32,000 bases of DNA from an uncultured Chloroflexia bacterium (GCA_963718915.1 CAVRAI010000006.1:150001-182000), one strand, 5' to 3'. Shown: positions 22,563 to 31,146, numbered from the stretch's first letter. Translations and numbers: made by a program. Notes: generated from the letters alone by a model not told the origin.

Positions 22563-24080
22563 ATGAATACACTGCCCGATACGCTCAATGCGACCGGCAT
22601 TCGTAAGTCGTATGGCGGGATTGCGGCCCTCAAAGGCGTAGACTTTCGCGTCCGCGCGGGAACAGTCCACGCACTGCTCGGCGAGAACGGCGCGGGCAAA
22701 TCGACGTTGGTCAAGGTGCTGGTTGGGGCGACATCGCCCGATGCCGGAACGCTGCAACTCGACGGACGCCGGGTGCGCTTCAGCAGCACCGCCGATGCGG
22801 CGAGCCAGGGCATCGCGGTCGTCTCGCAGGAACTGAATCTCTTTCCTGACTTAAGCGTTCTGGAGAACCTCTTTGTCCTGCGTGAGCCACGCCGCGGGCC
22901 AGTCGTCGCGCGTGACCGTATGGCGCGCCTCGCCTCTCCGGTGATGGAGGAACTCGGTCTGCGGGTGAACATGCGCGCGCCTGTCTCATCGCTCTCCCTC
23001 GAACAGCGCCAGCTGCTGGAGATCGCGCGGGCGTTGATGATTAATCCGCGGGTGCTCATTCTCGACGAGCCGACCTCAGCGCTGCATATCCACCAGACCG
23101 AGCGACTGCACAACCTCCTGCGCACGCTCCGCCAGCGGAACGTCGCCGTCGTCTACGTCTCCCACATCCTGGAAGACGCGCTGAATCTCTGCGACGTCGT
23201 GACGGTTCTGCGCGATGGCGAGCGGGTGCTCGACGCCGTCCCCGCCGCGCACCTGGGGATCGATGAGATTGTCCGGGCGATGCTGGGCGAGAAGAAACAG
23301 CTTCCCGCGCGCCAGGATGTGACCCACAAGCGCTACTCGCCGACTCAGGATGCCCTGCGCTTTGTCGATGTCACGGCGCCGGGGCGCCTCGATGCAGTCT
23401 CGTTCGCGGCTCCGGCAGGCTCCATAGTGGGCGTCGTCGGGTTGGCCGATTCGGGGCATCGCGATGCGCTGGCGGCGGCGGCGGGTCTGCTTCCGCTCTC
23501 TAGTGGGCAGATACAGCTACCGAATGGCGTGCCCATCCAACCGCGACGCCGGGCAGCCGTGCAGCAGGGGGTGGCGTTAGTCCCAGGGGATCGTCGGCGC
23601 GTCGGTCTGACACTCGACGCGCCTCTCTGGGAGAATATGGCGCAGGTGCGGTCGGTCGCGCTGGGGCGGGATGGCAGCCTCATCCGCCCCCATGTGCTGC
23701 GGGCGCGGGCGCGAGTTCGCATGGCCCAGCTTGGTATCCGGGCAAGCTCCGTGAATCAGGAGGCGGGCCGTCTCTCGGGCGGCAACCAGCAAAAAGTGGT
23801 GTTTGCCAAGTGGCTTGAAGCGAACCCCTCGGTGCTCCTGCTGGATGACCCCACGCGGGGCATTGATATTGGGGCAAAGGCCGAGATTTATGGGCTCATG
23901 CGCGATCTTGCGCGTCAGGGTGTCGTGCAGGTGCTGGCATCGACCGATCTCGAAGAACTCGCCACGATATGCGATACCGTGCTAGTCTTTTTCGGGGGGC
24001 GCATCTGCGCGACCCTCAGCGCAGAGCACCTGAACGCTCACACTATTCTTGAAGTCATGAATACCGGCAAACAGCCCTAG
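22563..24080 (+). CDS. Sugar-type (CUT2, RbsA/MglA-like) ABC transporter ATP-binding protein with duplicated ATPase domains
   Basis: 505 aa. Domain 1 has Walker A GENGAGKST, signature LSLEQRQLLEIARAL and Walker B VLILDEPTSAL. Domain 2 has signature LSGGNQQKVVFAKWL and Walker B VLLLDDPTRGIDIGA, but a divergent P-loop, GVVGLADSGHRD. Confidence 0.9.
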   Translation: MNTLPDTLNATGIRKSYGGIAALKGVDFRVRAGTVHALLGENGAGKSTLVKVLVGATSPDAGTLQLDGRRVRFSSTADAASQGIAVVSQELNLFPDLSVLENLFVLREPRRGPVVARDRMARLASPVMEELGLRVNMRAPVSSLSLEQRQLLEIARALMINPRVLILDEPTSALHIHQTERLHNLLRTLRQRNVAVVYVSHILEDALNLCDVVTVLRDGERVLDAVPAAHLGIDEIVRAMLGEKKQLPARQDVTHKRYSPTQDALRFVDVTAPGRLDAVSFAAPAGSIVGVVGLADSGHRDALAAAAGLLPLSSGQIQLPNGVPIQPRRRAAVQQGVALVPGDRRRVGLTLDAPLWENMAQVRSVALGRDGSLIRPHVLRARARVRMAQLGIRASSVNQEAGRLSGGNQQKVVFAKWLEANPSVLLLDDPTRGIDIGAKAEIYGLMRDLARQGVVQVLASTDLEELATICDTVLVFFGGRICATLSAEHLNAHTILEVMNTGKQP

Positions 24081-24143
24081 CGCGACGACTCCCGGCCCCC
24101 AGGGGGTTGGCTCTCATCGCAACATCGCACTCTGGAGAACATC

Positions 24144-25034
24144 ATGGCGCAGCTCATGTCGTTGAGCGAAGCCGTCGCGCAGCTCATTCACGATGGTGAT
24201 ACGCTAGCGATGGAGGGATTTACCCATCTCATTCCCTTCGCCGCTGGCCATGAGGTGATTCGCCAGCGCAAACAGCGTCTGACGCTCATCCGCATGACCC
24301 CAGATGTCATCTACGATCAACTCATCGGCGCTGGCTGCGCGCAACGGCTCGTATTCTCGTGGGGTGGCAATCCCGGCGTTGGCTCGCTGCATCGCCTGCG
24401 CGACGCCGTGGAGCACGACTGGCCGCAGCCGCTCGAAATCGAGGAGCATAGCCACGCGGGCCTGTCAAACGCTTATGTCGCGGGCGCGTCGCATCTCCCG
24501 TTTGGCGTCCTGCGCGGCTACAGCGGCACTGACCTGCCGCGCAACAACGACCATATCCGTTTCATCCAGTGTCCCTTCACCGGCGAGGAGTTATCGGCGG
24601 TACGCGCGGTGCGCCCAGATGTTGCTGTAATTCACGCGCAGAAAGCGGATCGCAAGGGCAATGTGCTGCTCTGGGGCATTCTGGGCGTCCAGAAAGAGGC
24701 GGCGCTGGCGGCGCAGCGCGCCATCGTCACCGTCGAAGAGGTCGTAGATGATCTGGAGGCGTGGCCCAACGCCTGCATACTTCCCTGGTGGGTGGTCAGC
24801 GCCGTCTGTGTCGTTCCCGGTGGCGCGGCGCCATCCTACGCGCAGGGCTACTATCAGCGCGATAATCGCTTCTATCTAGCCTGGGACGCCATCGCCCGCG
24901 AGCGCGATCGTTTCCAGGCGTGGATTCAGCGCCACATTCTCGATACCGGCGACTTCGCCGAATTTCAGCGGGTGCTTCAGGAATCGCAACAGGAATCGCA
25001 ACAGGAATCGTCGGGCGACGAGGTGCAGCCATGA
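24144..25034 (+). CDS. CoA-transferase subunit A (glutaconate/3-oxoadipate CoA-transferase family); probable functional PcaI equivalent
   Basis: 296 aa: MAQLMSLSEAVAQLIHDGDTLAMEGF... The N-terminus is typical of family-I CoA-transferase alpha subunits. It is translationally coupled (ATGA) to subunit B and lies directly upstream of pcaHG. The C-terminus carries a QESQQESQQES repeat. Confidence 0.78.
   Translation: MAQLMSLSEAVAQLIHDGDTLAMEGFTHLIPFAAGHEVIRQRKQRLTLIRMTPDVIYDQLIGAGCAQRLVFSWGGNPGVGSLHRLRDAVEHDWPQPLEIEEHSHAGLSNAYVAGASHLPFGVLRGYSGTDLPRNNDHIRFIQCPFTGEELSAVRAVRPDVAVIHAQKADRKGNVLLWGILGVQKEAALAAQRAIVTVEEVVDDLEAWPNACILPWWVVSAVCVVPGGAAPSYAQGYYQRDNRFYLAWDAIARERDRFQAWIQRHILDTGDFAEFQRVLQESQQESQQESSGDEVQP
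24978..25010 (+). repeat. In-frame 12-bp tandem repeat (CAGGAATCGCAA x2.75) at the 3' end of the CoA-transferase A gene
   Basis: Read directly: 24978-24989, 24990-25001 and 25002-25010. It encodes QESQ QESQ QES. Confidence 0.9.
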
Positions 25035-25825
25035 GCGACAGTATGAGCGATATGCCGTACACCACCAGCGAGATGATGACCGTCGCCGCCGCCCGCCTGC
25101 TCCCCGACCGCGCGGTCTGTTTCGTCGGCATCGGCCTGCCCTCGACGGCGGCCAACCTGGCGCGGCTGACCCACGCGCCGGATCTCGTACTCATCTACGA
25201 ATCTGGCCCAATTGGCGCCAAACCCGCCGTGCTGCCACTCTCGATTGGTGACGGTGATCTGGCCGAGACGGCGGATACGGTCGTCTCGACCTCCGAAATC
25301 TTCCGCTACTGGCTACAGGGCGAGCGCATTGACATCGGGTTTCTGAGCGCCGCGCAGATTGACCGCTTCGGCAACCTGAATACGACTGTGATTGGCGACT
25401 ACGACCATCCGCGCACGCGATTGCCCGGCGCTGGTGGCGCGCCAGAGATCGCCGGGGCGGCGCGCCAGGTCTTCATCCTGCTCAAGCAGTCGCCGCGCGC
25501 CTTCGTCGAGCGCCTCGATTTCGTCACCTCCGTTGGCTATGGTGACGGCGGCGATGCGCGCGCGCGTCTGGGCCTGAGCGGACGCGGCCCCACCGCAATC
25601 ATCACCGATTTATGCATCATGGAGCCAGAAGACATCACGAACGAGTTTATCGTGACACACCTGCACCAGGGGGTGACCCGCAATCAGGTGCGGGAGACTA
25701 TCGGCTGGCCGGTACGATTCGCGGCCACATTGGAGACAACCATGCCGCCATCCGGGCAGGAGCTTGCCACGCTGCGTGATCTGCAACGGCGTACGGCTCT
25801 GGCGCATGGGACACAGCACGAGTGA
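25031..25825 (+). CDS. CoA-transferase subunit B; probable functional PcaJ equivalent
   Basis: The ATG at 25031 overlaps the subunit A stop (ATGA). Contains LIYESGPIG, the ESG catalytic-glutamate motif of family-I beta subunits, and RLPGAGGAPEIA. Confidence 0.78.
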   Translation: MSDSMSDMPYTTSEMMTVAAARLLPDRAVCFVGIGLPSTAANLARLTHAPDLVLIYESGPIGAKPAVLPLSIGDGDLAETADTVVSTSEIFRYWLQGERIDIGFLSAAQIDRFGNLNTTVIGDYDHPRTRLPGAGGAPEIAGAARQVFILLKQSPRAFVERLDFVTSVGYGDGGDARARLGLSGRGPTAIITDLCIMEPEDITNEFIVTHLHQGVTRNQVRETIGWPVRFAATLETTMPPSGQELATLRDLQRRTALAHGTQHE

Positions 25826-25848
25826 TAGAGCAGTGAGGAGGTCTGACG

Positions 25849-26553
25849 ATGCCCAAAATTCGCGGTTATCGGCGGCTTGAGGAGGAGACGCAGCCACCCT
25901 ACCTCTACCCGCAATATGCCTCGACGCCCAAACGCGCGCCCACCAGGCCGCTGATCCTGCTGCCGCATACGCTCTCGGAGGTGACTGGGCCAGTCTTCGG
26001 CTATGACCGTATCGCGCCAACGGACAACGACCTGACCGCACACCACCAGGAAGAACCCCTGGGCGAGCGTATCATCGTCTGTGGGCGCGTGCTCGACGAC
26101 TATCGTCGGCCTGTGCGCCACGCGCTGATCGAGCTATGGCAGGCCAACGCCGCCGGACGCTACCGGCACAAATCCGACATGCACAATGCGCCGCTCGATC
26201 CCAACTTCGACGGCTATGGGCGGACCATGACCGACGATGAGGGACGCTATACCTTCCTGACCATCAAGCCGGGAGCCTATCCCTGGGGCAATCACTACAA
26301 CGCCTGGCGTCCCGCGCACATCCACTTCTCGCTCTTTGGCGCGGGCATCCTGAGCCGACTGGTCACACAGATGTACTTTCCCGGCGACCCACTGATGGAT
26401 GAAGACCCGATATTCAACAGTATTCCCGATGAGAAAGCGCGCCGCCGCCTGATCTCGACGCTCGACTGGGAGCTGACCAGCCCGGACTACGCCCTGGGCT
26501 ATCGTTTCGATATTGTGCTACGCGGTCGCGATGACACACCGATGGAGGCTTGA
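25849..26553 (+). CDS. pcaH: Protocatechuate 3,4-dioxygenase beta subunit
   Basis: 234 aa. LIELWQANAAGRYRH...DPNFDGYGRTMTDDEGRYTFLTIKPGAYPW...WRPAHIHFSLFG is the hallmark of the intradiol dioxygenase beta chain. Confidence 0.92.
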   Translation: MPKIRGYRRLEEETQPPYLYPQYASTPKRAPTRPLILLPHTLSEVTGPVFGYDRIAPTDNDLTAHHQEEPLGERIIVCGRVLDDYRRPVRHALIELWQANAAGRYRHKSDMHNAPLDPNFDGYGRTMTDDEGRYTFLTIKPGAYPWGNHYNAWRPAHIHFSLFGAGILSRLVTQMYFPGDPLMDEDPIFNSIPDEKARRRLISTLDWELTSPDYALGYRFDIVLRGRDDTPMEA

Positions 26554-26554
26554 A

Positions 26555-27118
26555 ATGGGACTGCATCCAACCGCATCACAGACCATCGGACCGTATCTGC
26601 GCATTGGCCTGACGCCCATGTTCGTCACCGACATCGCTGGGCCAGATGTGCCCGGCGAGCGTATCACCCTGCGCGGGCGTGTGCTCGACGGCGACGGCAG
26701 ACCCGTTGACGACGCGCTGATCGAGGTGTGGCAGGCGAACTCCGCGGGCAGATACGCCCACCCCGACGATACGCAGGAGAAGCCGCTGACGCCTGGATTT
26801 CAGGGGTTTGGCCGCTCGCCCACCGATGACGACGGCGCGTTTCACTTCACCACGATCAAGCCGGGGCCAGTTACAGGGCCAGACGGGCAGGCGCAGGCGC
26901 CACATCTGGCGGTCGTGGTCTTCATGCGCGGGCTGCTGCGCCAGTTGGTGACGCGGGTCTACTTCCCTGGCGATCCAGCGAATGCGACTGATCCCGTCTT
27001 GCGGTTGGTTTCCGAGGAGCGACGCGCGACGCTGATTGCGCGGCCCGCGGCGGATGGGACACTGGAGTGGAATATCCACCTTCAGGGGCCAGACGAGACC
27101 GTCTTCTTCGCAACCTGA
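26555..27118 (+). CDS. pcaG: Protocatechuate 3,4-dioxygenase alpha subunit
   Basis: The ATG at 26555 comes 1 nt after the pcaH stop, with GATGGAGG upstream. Reads TASQTIGPYLRIGL...LIEVWQANSAGRYAHP...FHFTTIKPGPV...PHLAVVVFMRGLL. Confidence 0.9.
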   Translation: MGLHPTASQTIGPYLRIGLTPMFVTDIAGPDVPGERITLRGRVLDGDGRPVDDALIEVWQANSAGRYAHPDDTQEKPLTPGFQGFGRSPTDDDGAFHFTTIKPGPVTGPDGQAQAPHLAVVVFMRGLLRQLVTRVYFPGDPANATDPVLRLVSEERRATLIARPAADGTLEWNIHLQGPDETVFFAT

Positions 27119-27177
27119 TACGACCCGACCCGACATGACCCAACACGACCTGATACGCGCCACGGCGGAGGTTTCTC

Positions 27178-28509
27178 ATGTTCGATCACCTGTTCACCAC
27201 CGACCGGATGAGAACCATTTTTTCGGATTTGGCGCGCATTCAGGGCATGCTGGACTTCGAGGCGGCATTGGCGCGAGCGGAGGCGCGCGCTGGCATGATC
27301 GGCGAGGGGACCGCGGTGGCTATCGCGGCGCACTGCCATGCCGACCGTTTCGAGCTTGCGACGCTGGCGACGGCGACGGCGACGGCTGGCAATCCGGCCA
27401 TCCCGCTGATCGCGGCGCTGACCGCGCAGGTTGCCGCCGATGATGCGGAGGCGGCGCGCTACGTTCACTGGGGAGCCACCAGTCAAGATGTGATGGATAC
27501 GGGACTCGTCTTGCAGCTTCGCGGCGCACTGGATGCGCTCGATGCTGATCTGACGCGCCTGGCGGCGGCATGCGCGCGACTGGCCGAGCGCAACGCCGAT
27601 CTGACGATGGCCGGGCGCACCTGGCTCCAGCAGGCGCTGCCGATCACTTTCGGCGTGAAGGCGGCTGGCTGGCTCAGCGCCGTCAATCGCCACCGCGAGC
27701 GACTGCGGCAGATGCGTCCGCGCGTGCTCGTGACGCAGCTTGGCGGGGCGGTCGGCACGCTGGCGGCGTTTGGTCCGGCGGGGCTGGTGGTAGCGGAGGC
27801 GCTGGCCGATGACCTTGGCCTGGCGCTGCCAGATATTCCCTGGCATACGCACCGTGACCGGCTGGTCGAGGCCGCCACGACCCTCGGCTCGCTGGTGGGG
27901 ACGCTTGGCAAGATGGCGCGCGATCTCGCGTTGCTGGCGCAGACGGAGGTCGGTGAGGCGTTCGAGCCAGCGGAGCCGGGCAAGGGCGCGTCTTCGACGA
28001 TGCCGCAGAAGCGCAATCCGGTGGGCGCGTCGGTGGCGCTCGCCGCGGCCGTCCGCGTGCCTGGGCTGGTGGCAATCATGCTCGCGGCGATGCCCCAGGA
28101 GCACGAGCGCGGGCTGGGTGGCTGGCAGGCCGAATGGGAGACGCTGCCGGAGATAGTGCGGCTGGCGGCTGGCGCGCTCTGGCAGATGGCTCAGGTTGCC
28201 GAGGGGTTGGAGCTTGACGCTGATCGCATGCGCGCCAATCTCGACATCACGAAAGGGGTGATCTGCGCCGAGGCGGTCGCGATGGCGCTCGTGCCGACGC
28301 TGGGGAAAACGTCCGCGCATCAGGTCGTCGACGACGCCTGCCGCCAGGCGCTGGCCCGGGATGTTGCGCTGCGTGACGTCCTTGCCGAAGACCCACAGGT
28401 GACGGAGATACTTTCCGCCGATGCCTTAGATCGTCTCTGCGACCCGCGCAACGCCACCGGGCTTGCGGACCAACTGATCCAGCGGGCCCTGGCGCGCCGC
28501 GTTGAATGA
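27178..28509 (+). CDS. pcaB: 3-carboxy-cis,cis-muconate cycloisomerase
   Basis: 443 aa fumarase/aspartase-superfamily protein. MFDHLFTTDRMRTIFSD..., WGATSQDVMDTG, and the signature GASSTMPQKRNPVG. Position is between pcaG and pcaD. Confidence 0.9.
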   Translation: MFDHLFTTDRMRTIFSDLARIQGMLDFEAALARAEARAGMIGEGTAVAIAAHCHADRFELATLATATATAGNPAIPLIAALTAQVAADDAEAARYVHWGATSQDVMDTGLVLQLRGALDALDADLTRLAAACARLAERNADLTMAGRTWLQQALPITFGVKAAGWLSAVNRHRERLRQMRPRVLVTQLGGAVGTLAAFGPAGLVVAEALADDLGLALPDIPWHTHRDRLVEAATTLGSLVGTLGKMARDLALLAQTEVGEAFEPAEPGKGASSTMPQKRNPVGASVALAAAVRVPGLVAIMLAAMPQEHERGLGGWQAEWETLPEIVRLAAGALWQMAQVAEGLELDADRMRANLDITKGVICAEAVAMALVPTLGKTSAHQVVDDACRQALARDVALRDVLAEDPQVTEILSADALDRLCDPRNATGLADQLIQRALARRVE

Positions 28510-28536
28510 ATCATGATCAAAAGGACCCCATGACGT

Positions 28537-29325
28537 ATGCATTCAATTGATCTGCCGTCGGGCAAGTTTTATTACCAGTTTGACGGTCCACCCGATGCCC
28601 CGGTGCTGATTCTCTCCAATTCGCTCGGCACCGATCATACGATGTGGGATCTTCAGATGCCTGCGCTGGAACGCTATTTCCGCGTGCTACGCTATGACAG
28701 CAGAGGGCACGGCGCGTCGGCCGTTCCTCCTGGCCCCTATACCATCGAGATGCTGGGGCAGGATGCGCTGGCGCTCTTAGACGCGCTTGATATCACACGG
28801 GCGCACTTTTGCGGGCTGTCCATGGGCGGCATGGTGGGCATGTGGCTGGCTGCCAACGTGCCGGAGCGGATCAACCGGCTGGCGCTCTGTAACACCGCCG
28901 CGCGCATGGGGCCGCCTCAACTGTGGGATGCCCGTATCGGATCGGTGCGCCAGTGGGGTATGGCAAATATCATTGCCGCAGTGATCGTACGCTGGTTCAC
29001 CCCGGCATTTTTCGAGCGCGAGCCGGAGATGGTCGAGACGATGCGCCAGACACTGTTGCGTACCCCGCCTGAAGGGTATATCGCCTGTTGTGAGGCGATT
29101 CGCGACATGGATATGCGCGCCACTCTGCCCCGCATTCGCGCCAGCACCCTCGTCATCGCCGGGTCGCTCGATGCCGCGTCGCCGCCCGCCGATGGACGCT
29201 TCCTGGCGGAGACGATTCCCGACGCGCGTTATCAGGAGTTCCTCGCGGCGCATATGGCTAATATCGAGGTTGGGCAGCCATTTACCGATGCGCTGGTGCG
29301 CTTTTTCAGGGGATCAGAGGCATGA
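28537..29325 (+). CDS. pcaD: 3-oxoadipate enol-lactonase (alpha/beta hydrolase)
   Basis: 262 aa. FDGPPDAPVLILSNSLGTDHTMWDLQ and the nucleophile elbow GLSMGG. Coupled to pcaC by an ATGA overlap. Confidence 0.87.
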   Translation: MHSIDLPSGKFYYQFDGPPDAPVLILSNSLGTDHTMWDLQMPALERYFRVLRYDSRGHGASAVPPGPYTIEMLGQDALALLDALDITRAHFCGLSMGGMVGMWLAANVPERINRLALCNTAARMGPPQLWDARIGSVRQWGMANIIAAVIVRWFTPAFFEREPEMVETMRQTLLRTPPEGYIACCEAIRDMDMRATLPRIRASTLVIAGSLDAASPPADGRFLAETIPDARYQEFLAAHMANIEVGQPFTDALVRFFRGSEA

Positions 29326-29744
29326 CGAAGGAAGAACCGAAGGGTAAACCGATGGATGAACAGGAGCGCTACGAGTCCGGCCTGACCGTTCGCCGCGCGG
29401 TGCTGGGCGACGCCTATGTGGAGCAGTCGTTGGCCAGTCTAACGCCATTCAACGCGCCCTTCCAGAACCTCATCACCCGCTACGCCTGGGGCGAGATTTG
29501 GGAGCGCCCGGGCCTGCCCCGCCAGACACGCAGCTTGATTACGCTGGCGATGCTAGTCGCGCTCAATCGTGGCGACGAACTGCGCATGCACATCCGCGCC
29601 GCATTGCGTAACGGCGTCACCATCGAGGAAATCCAGGAAGTATTTCTGCAATGCGCAATCTACTGTGGCGTGCCAGCGGCAAACGCGGCGTTCCATCTGG
29701 CAGAGGACGTGCTGGCGACTGATACCCCCGACCAACCGGAATAA
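29322..29744 (+). CDS. pcaC: 4-carboxymuconolactone decarboxylase
   Basis: 140 aa. YAWGEIWERPGLPRQTRSLITLAMLVALNRGDELRMHIRAALRNGVTIEEIQEVFLQCAIYCGVPAA is the typical carboxymuconolactone decarboxylase domain. Confidence 0.9.
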   Translation: MTKEEPKGKPMDEQERYESGLTVRRAVLGDAYVEQSLASLTPFNAPFQNLITRYAWGEIWERPGLPRQTRSLITLAMLVALNRGDELRMHIRAALRNGVTIEEIQEVFLQCAIYCGVPAANAAFHLAEDVLATDTPDQPE

Positions 29745-29807
29745 CGCGCTTCATTACCCCACATCTCCCCACGACAAGAGCCTGCTACGACTTCCTAAAA
29801 TTGCCGC

Positions 29808-29836
29808 TTGACAACGAGAAGCGTTCAGTGCATACT
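29808..29836 (+). promoter_or_regulatory. Candidate sigma-70-type promoter for the LacI-family gene: TTGACA - 17 bp - CATACT
   Basis: TTGACA at 29808-29813, a 17-nt spacer, and CATACT at 29831-29836. It sits in the pcaC/lacI-family intergenic region, about 100 bp upstream of the ATG. Confidence 0.45.
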
Positions 29837-29845
29837 CCTTGTGAT

Positions 29846-29894
29846 CGATTCCGGACATCGATTCCGGACACGATTCCGGACACGATTCCGGACA
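29846..29894 (+). repeat. Four tandem copies of CGATTCCGGACA(T), each containing the palindrome TCCGGA
   Basis: Units are at 29846-29858 (13 nt), 29859-29870, 29871-29882 and 29883-29894. The array starts about 10 bp after the candidate -10 box. Confidence 0.95.
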
Positions 29895-29937
29895 CGCTCA
29901 CAGTGCTGTTGTACTCGGCGAGGCTGAGAGGGTCGGC

Positions 29938-31038
29938 ATGCCAAAGAAACCAACGATCGAAGACATCGCACGAATGGCAGGCGTCTCGCGCACCACGATC
30001 TCGCGCGTCTTGAACCATCGCCCCGATGTGGATCGCGTGACACGTGAGCGCGTCCTCCGCATCATTGACGAGCAGGGCTACGTGCCCAGCCTTACCGCTG
30101 CCGGGCTGGCGGGAGGGCGCAACCGCCTGTTGGGCATGCTGCTCCCTGTCTTCACCTGGCCCATCATCCCTGACCTCATTCGTGGCATCAGCGAAATCCT
30201 GAATCAGACGCCCTACGAGCTGGTGTTGTACACGTTCAACGACGAAGACCTGAATCGCGACCGCCGTGATGTCGTCAATCGGTTGGCGGCCAATCTGACC
30301 GCTGGACTTCTGGGGGTGTTTCCCGGCGCACTCTCCAGCCAGTTAACCGAACTACATCAACAGGGCGTTCCCGTGGTCATCATTGATGACCAGCAAGCGC
30401 AGGTGACTCCCTGGGTGCGTGCGGACAACATCACTGGCGCCTATGATGTGGTGCGCCATCTGACCCAACTTGGTCATCGCCGCATTGCTCATATCCAGGG
30501 GCCAGCGGAGTATCTCGCCTCACACGACCGCCAGCAGGGCTATCTCCGCGCGCTGGCAGAGGCAGGCATTTCGCCCGACCCCGCGCTCATCCTCGACGGC
30601 GACTTTCTGCCGCAATCCGGGTATGGTGGCGCCATCCGGATCTTCGATATGCCGCCTGAGACGCGGCCCACAGCGATCTTTGCCGCCGCTGACCAGACGG
30701 CCTATGGTGTGCTTCGAGCCGCCGAGGAACGCAGTATCGCCATCCCCAAAGATATCGCCCTGGTCGGCTTCGACGACGACGCGCCATCTGCCCACGTGTT
30801 ACCTCCGCTGACCACCGTGCGCCAGCCGTCTTTTGAGATGGGTCAGGAAGCGATCAAGCTGCTCCTCAATCTGGTCGCACAGACAGAAGAACAGGAGTCG
30901 GGGCTGGGAGGCTCGCCAATTGGGAGCGGCGATACCCTGGCCAACCCACTGCGGATCGTTCTGCCAACATCGCTGATTGTGCGCGCTTCGTCGGGTGCGG
31001 CCAATCCCATCTCGCTGCCACTTTCTTCGACGATGTGA
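29938..31038 (+). CDS. LacI family transcriptional regulator
   Basis: 366 aa. N-terminal [30 protein letters not shown]...[16 protein letters not shown], followed by a periplasmic-binding-protein-like sugar-binding core. GAGAGGG lies upstream of the ATG. Confidence 0.9.
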   Translation: MPKKPTIEDIARMAGVSRTTISRVLNHRPDVDRVTRERVLRIIDEQGYVPSLTAAGLAGGRNRLLGMLLPVFTWPIIPDLIRGISEILNQTPYELVLYTFNDEDLNRDRRDVVNRLAANLTAGLLGVFPGALSSQLTELHQQGVPVVIIDDQQAQVTPWVRADNITGAYDVVRHLTQLGHRRIAHIQGPAEYLASHDRQQGYLRALAEAGISPDPALILDGDFLPQSGYGGAIRIFDMPPETRPTAIFAAADQTAYGVLRAAEERSIAIPKDIALVGFDDDAPSAHVLPPLTTVRQPSFEMGQEAIKLLLNLVAQTEEQESGLGGSPIGSGDTLANPLRIVLPTSLIVRASSGAANPISLPLSSTM

Positions 31039-31105
31039 TGTAAAGCCCTGTAAGACCAGGCCTGCGGGACAGGCAATTTCGCGCAACCTCGTCTGTCCGT
31101 CTCAT

Positions 31106-31124
31106 GGGAACAATGACCGTTCCC
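31106..31124. promoter_or_regulatory. Inverted repeat GGGAAC-N7-GTTCCC upstream of the family-5 binding-protein gene; weak operator candidate
   Basis: Arms at 31106-31111 and 31119-31124, located 23-41 bp upstream of the GTG start at 31147. Confidence 0.25.
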
Positions 31125-31146
31125 TACTCGACACTGGAGGTGTGTT

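Noticed and set aside
27117-27160. GACC(C)-rich reiterated pentamers and two GATACG motifs in the pcaG-pcaB spacer
   Set aside because: Short low-complexity sequence with no clear symmetry or register. It is probably just spacer with the ribosome-binding site GGAGG.
27082-28320. 412-aa minus-strand ORF antisense to pcaB, plus nested ORFs at 27483-28079 and 27683-28075
   Set aside because: Arg/Pro/Gln-rich with no recognisable motif. pcaB on the + strand has the fumarase-superfamily signature GASSTMPQKRNPVG.
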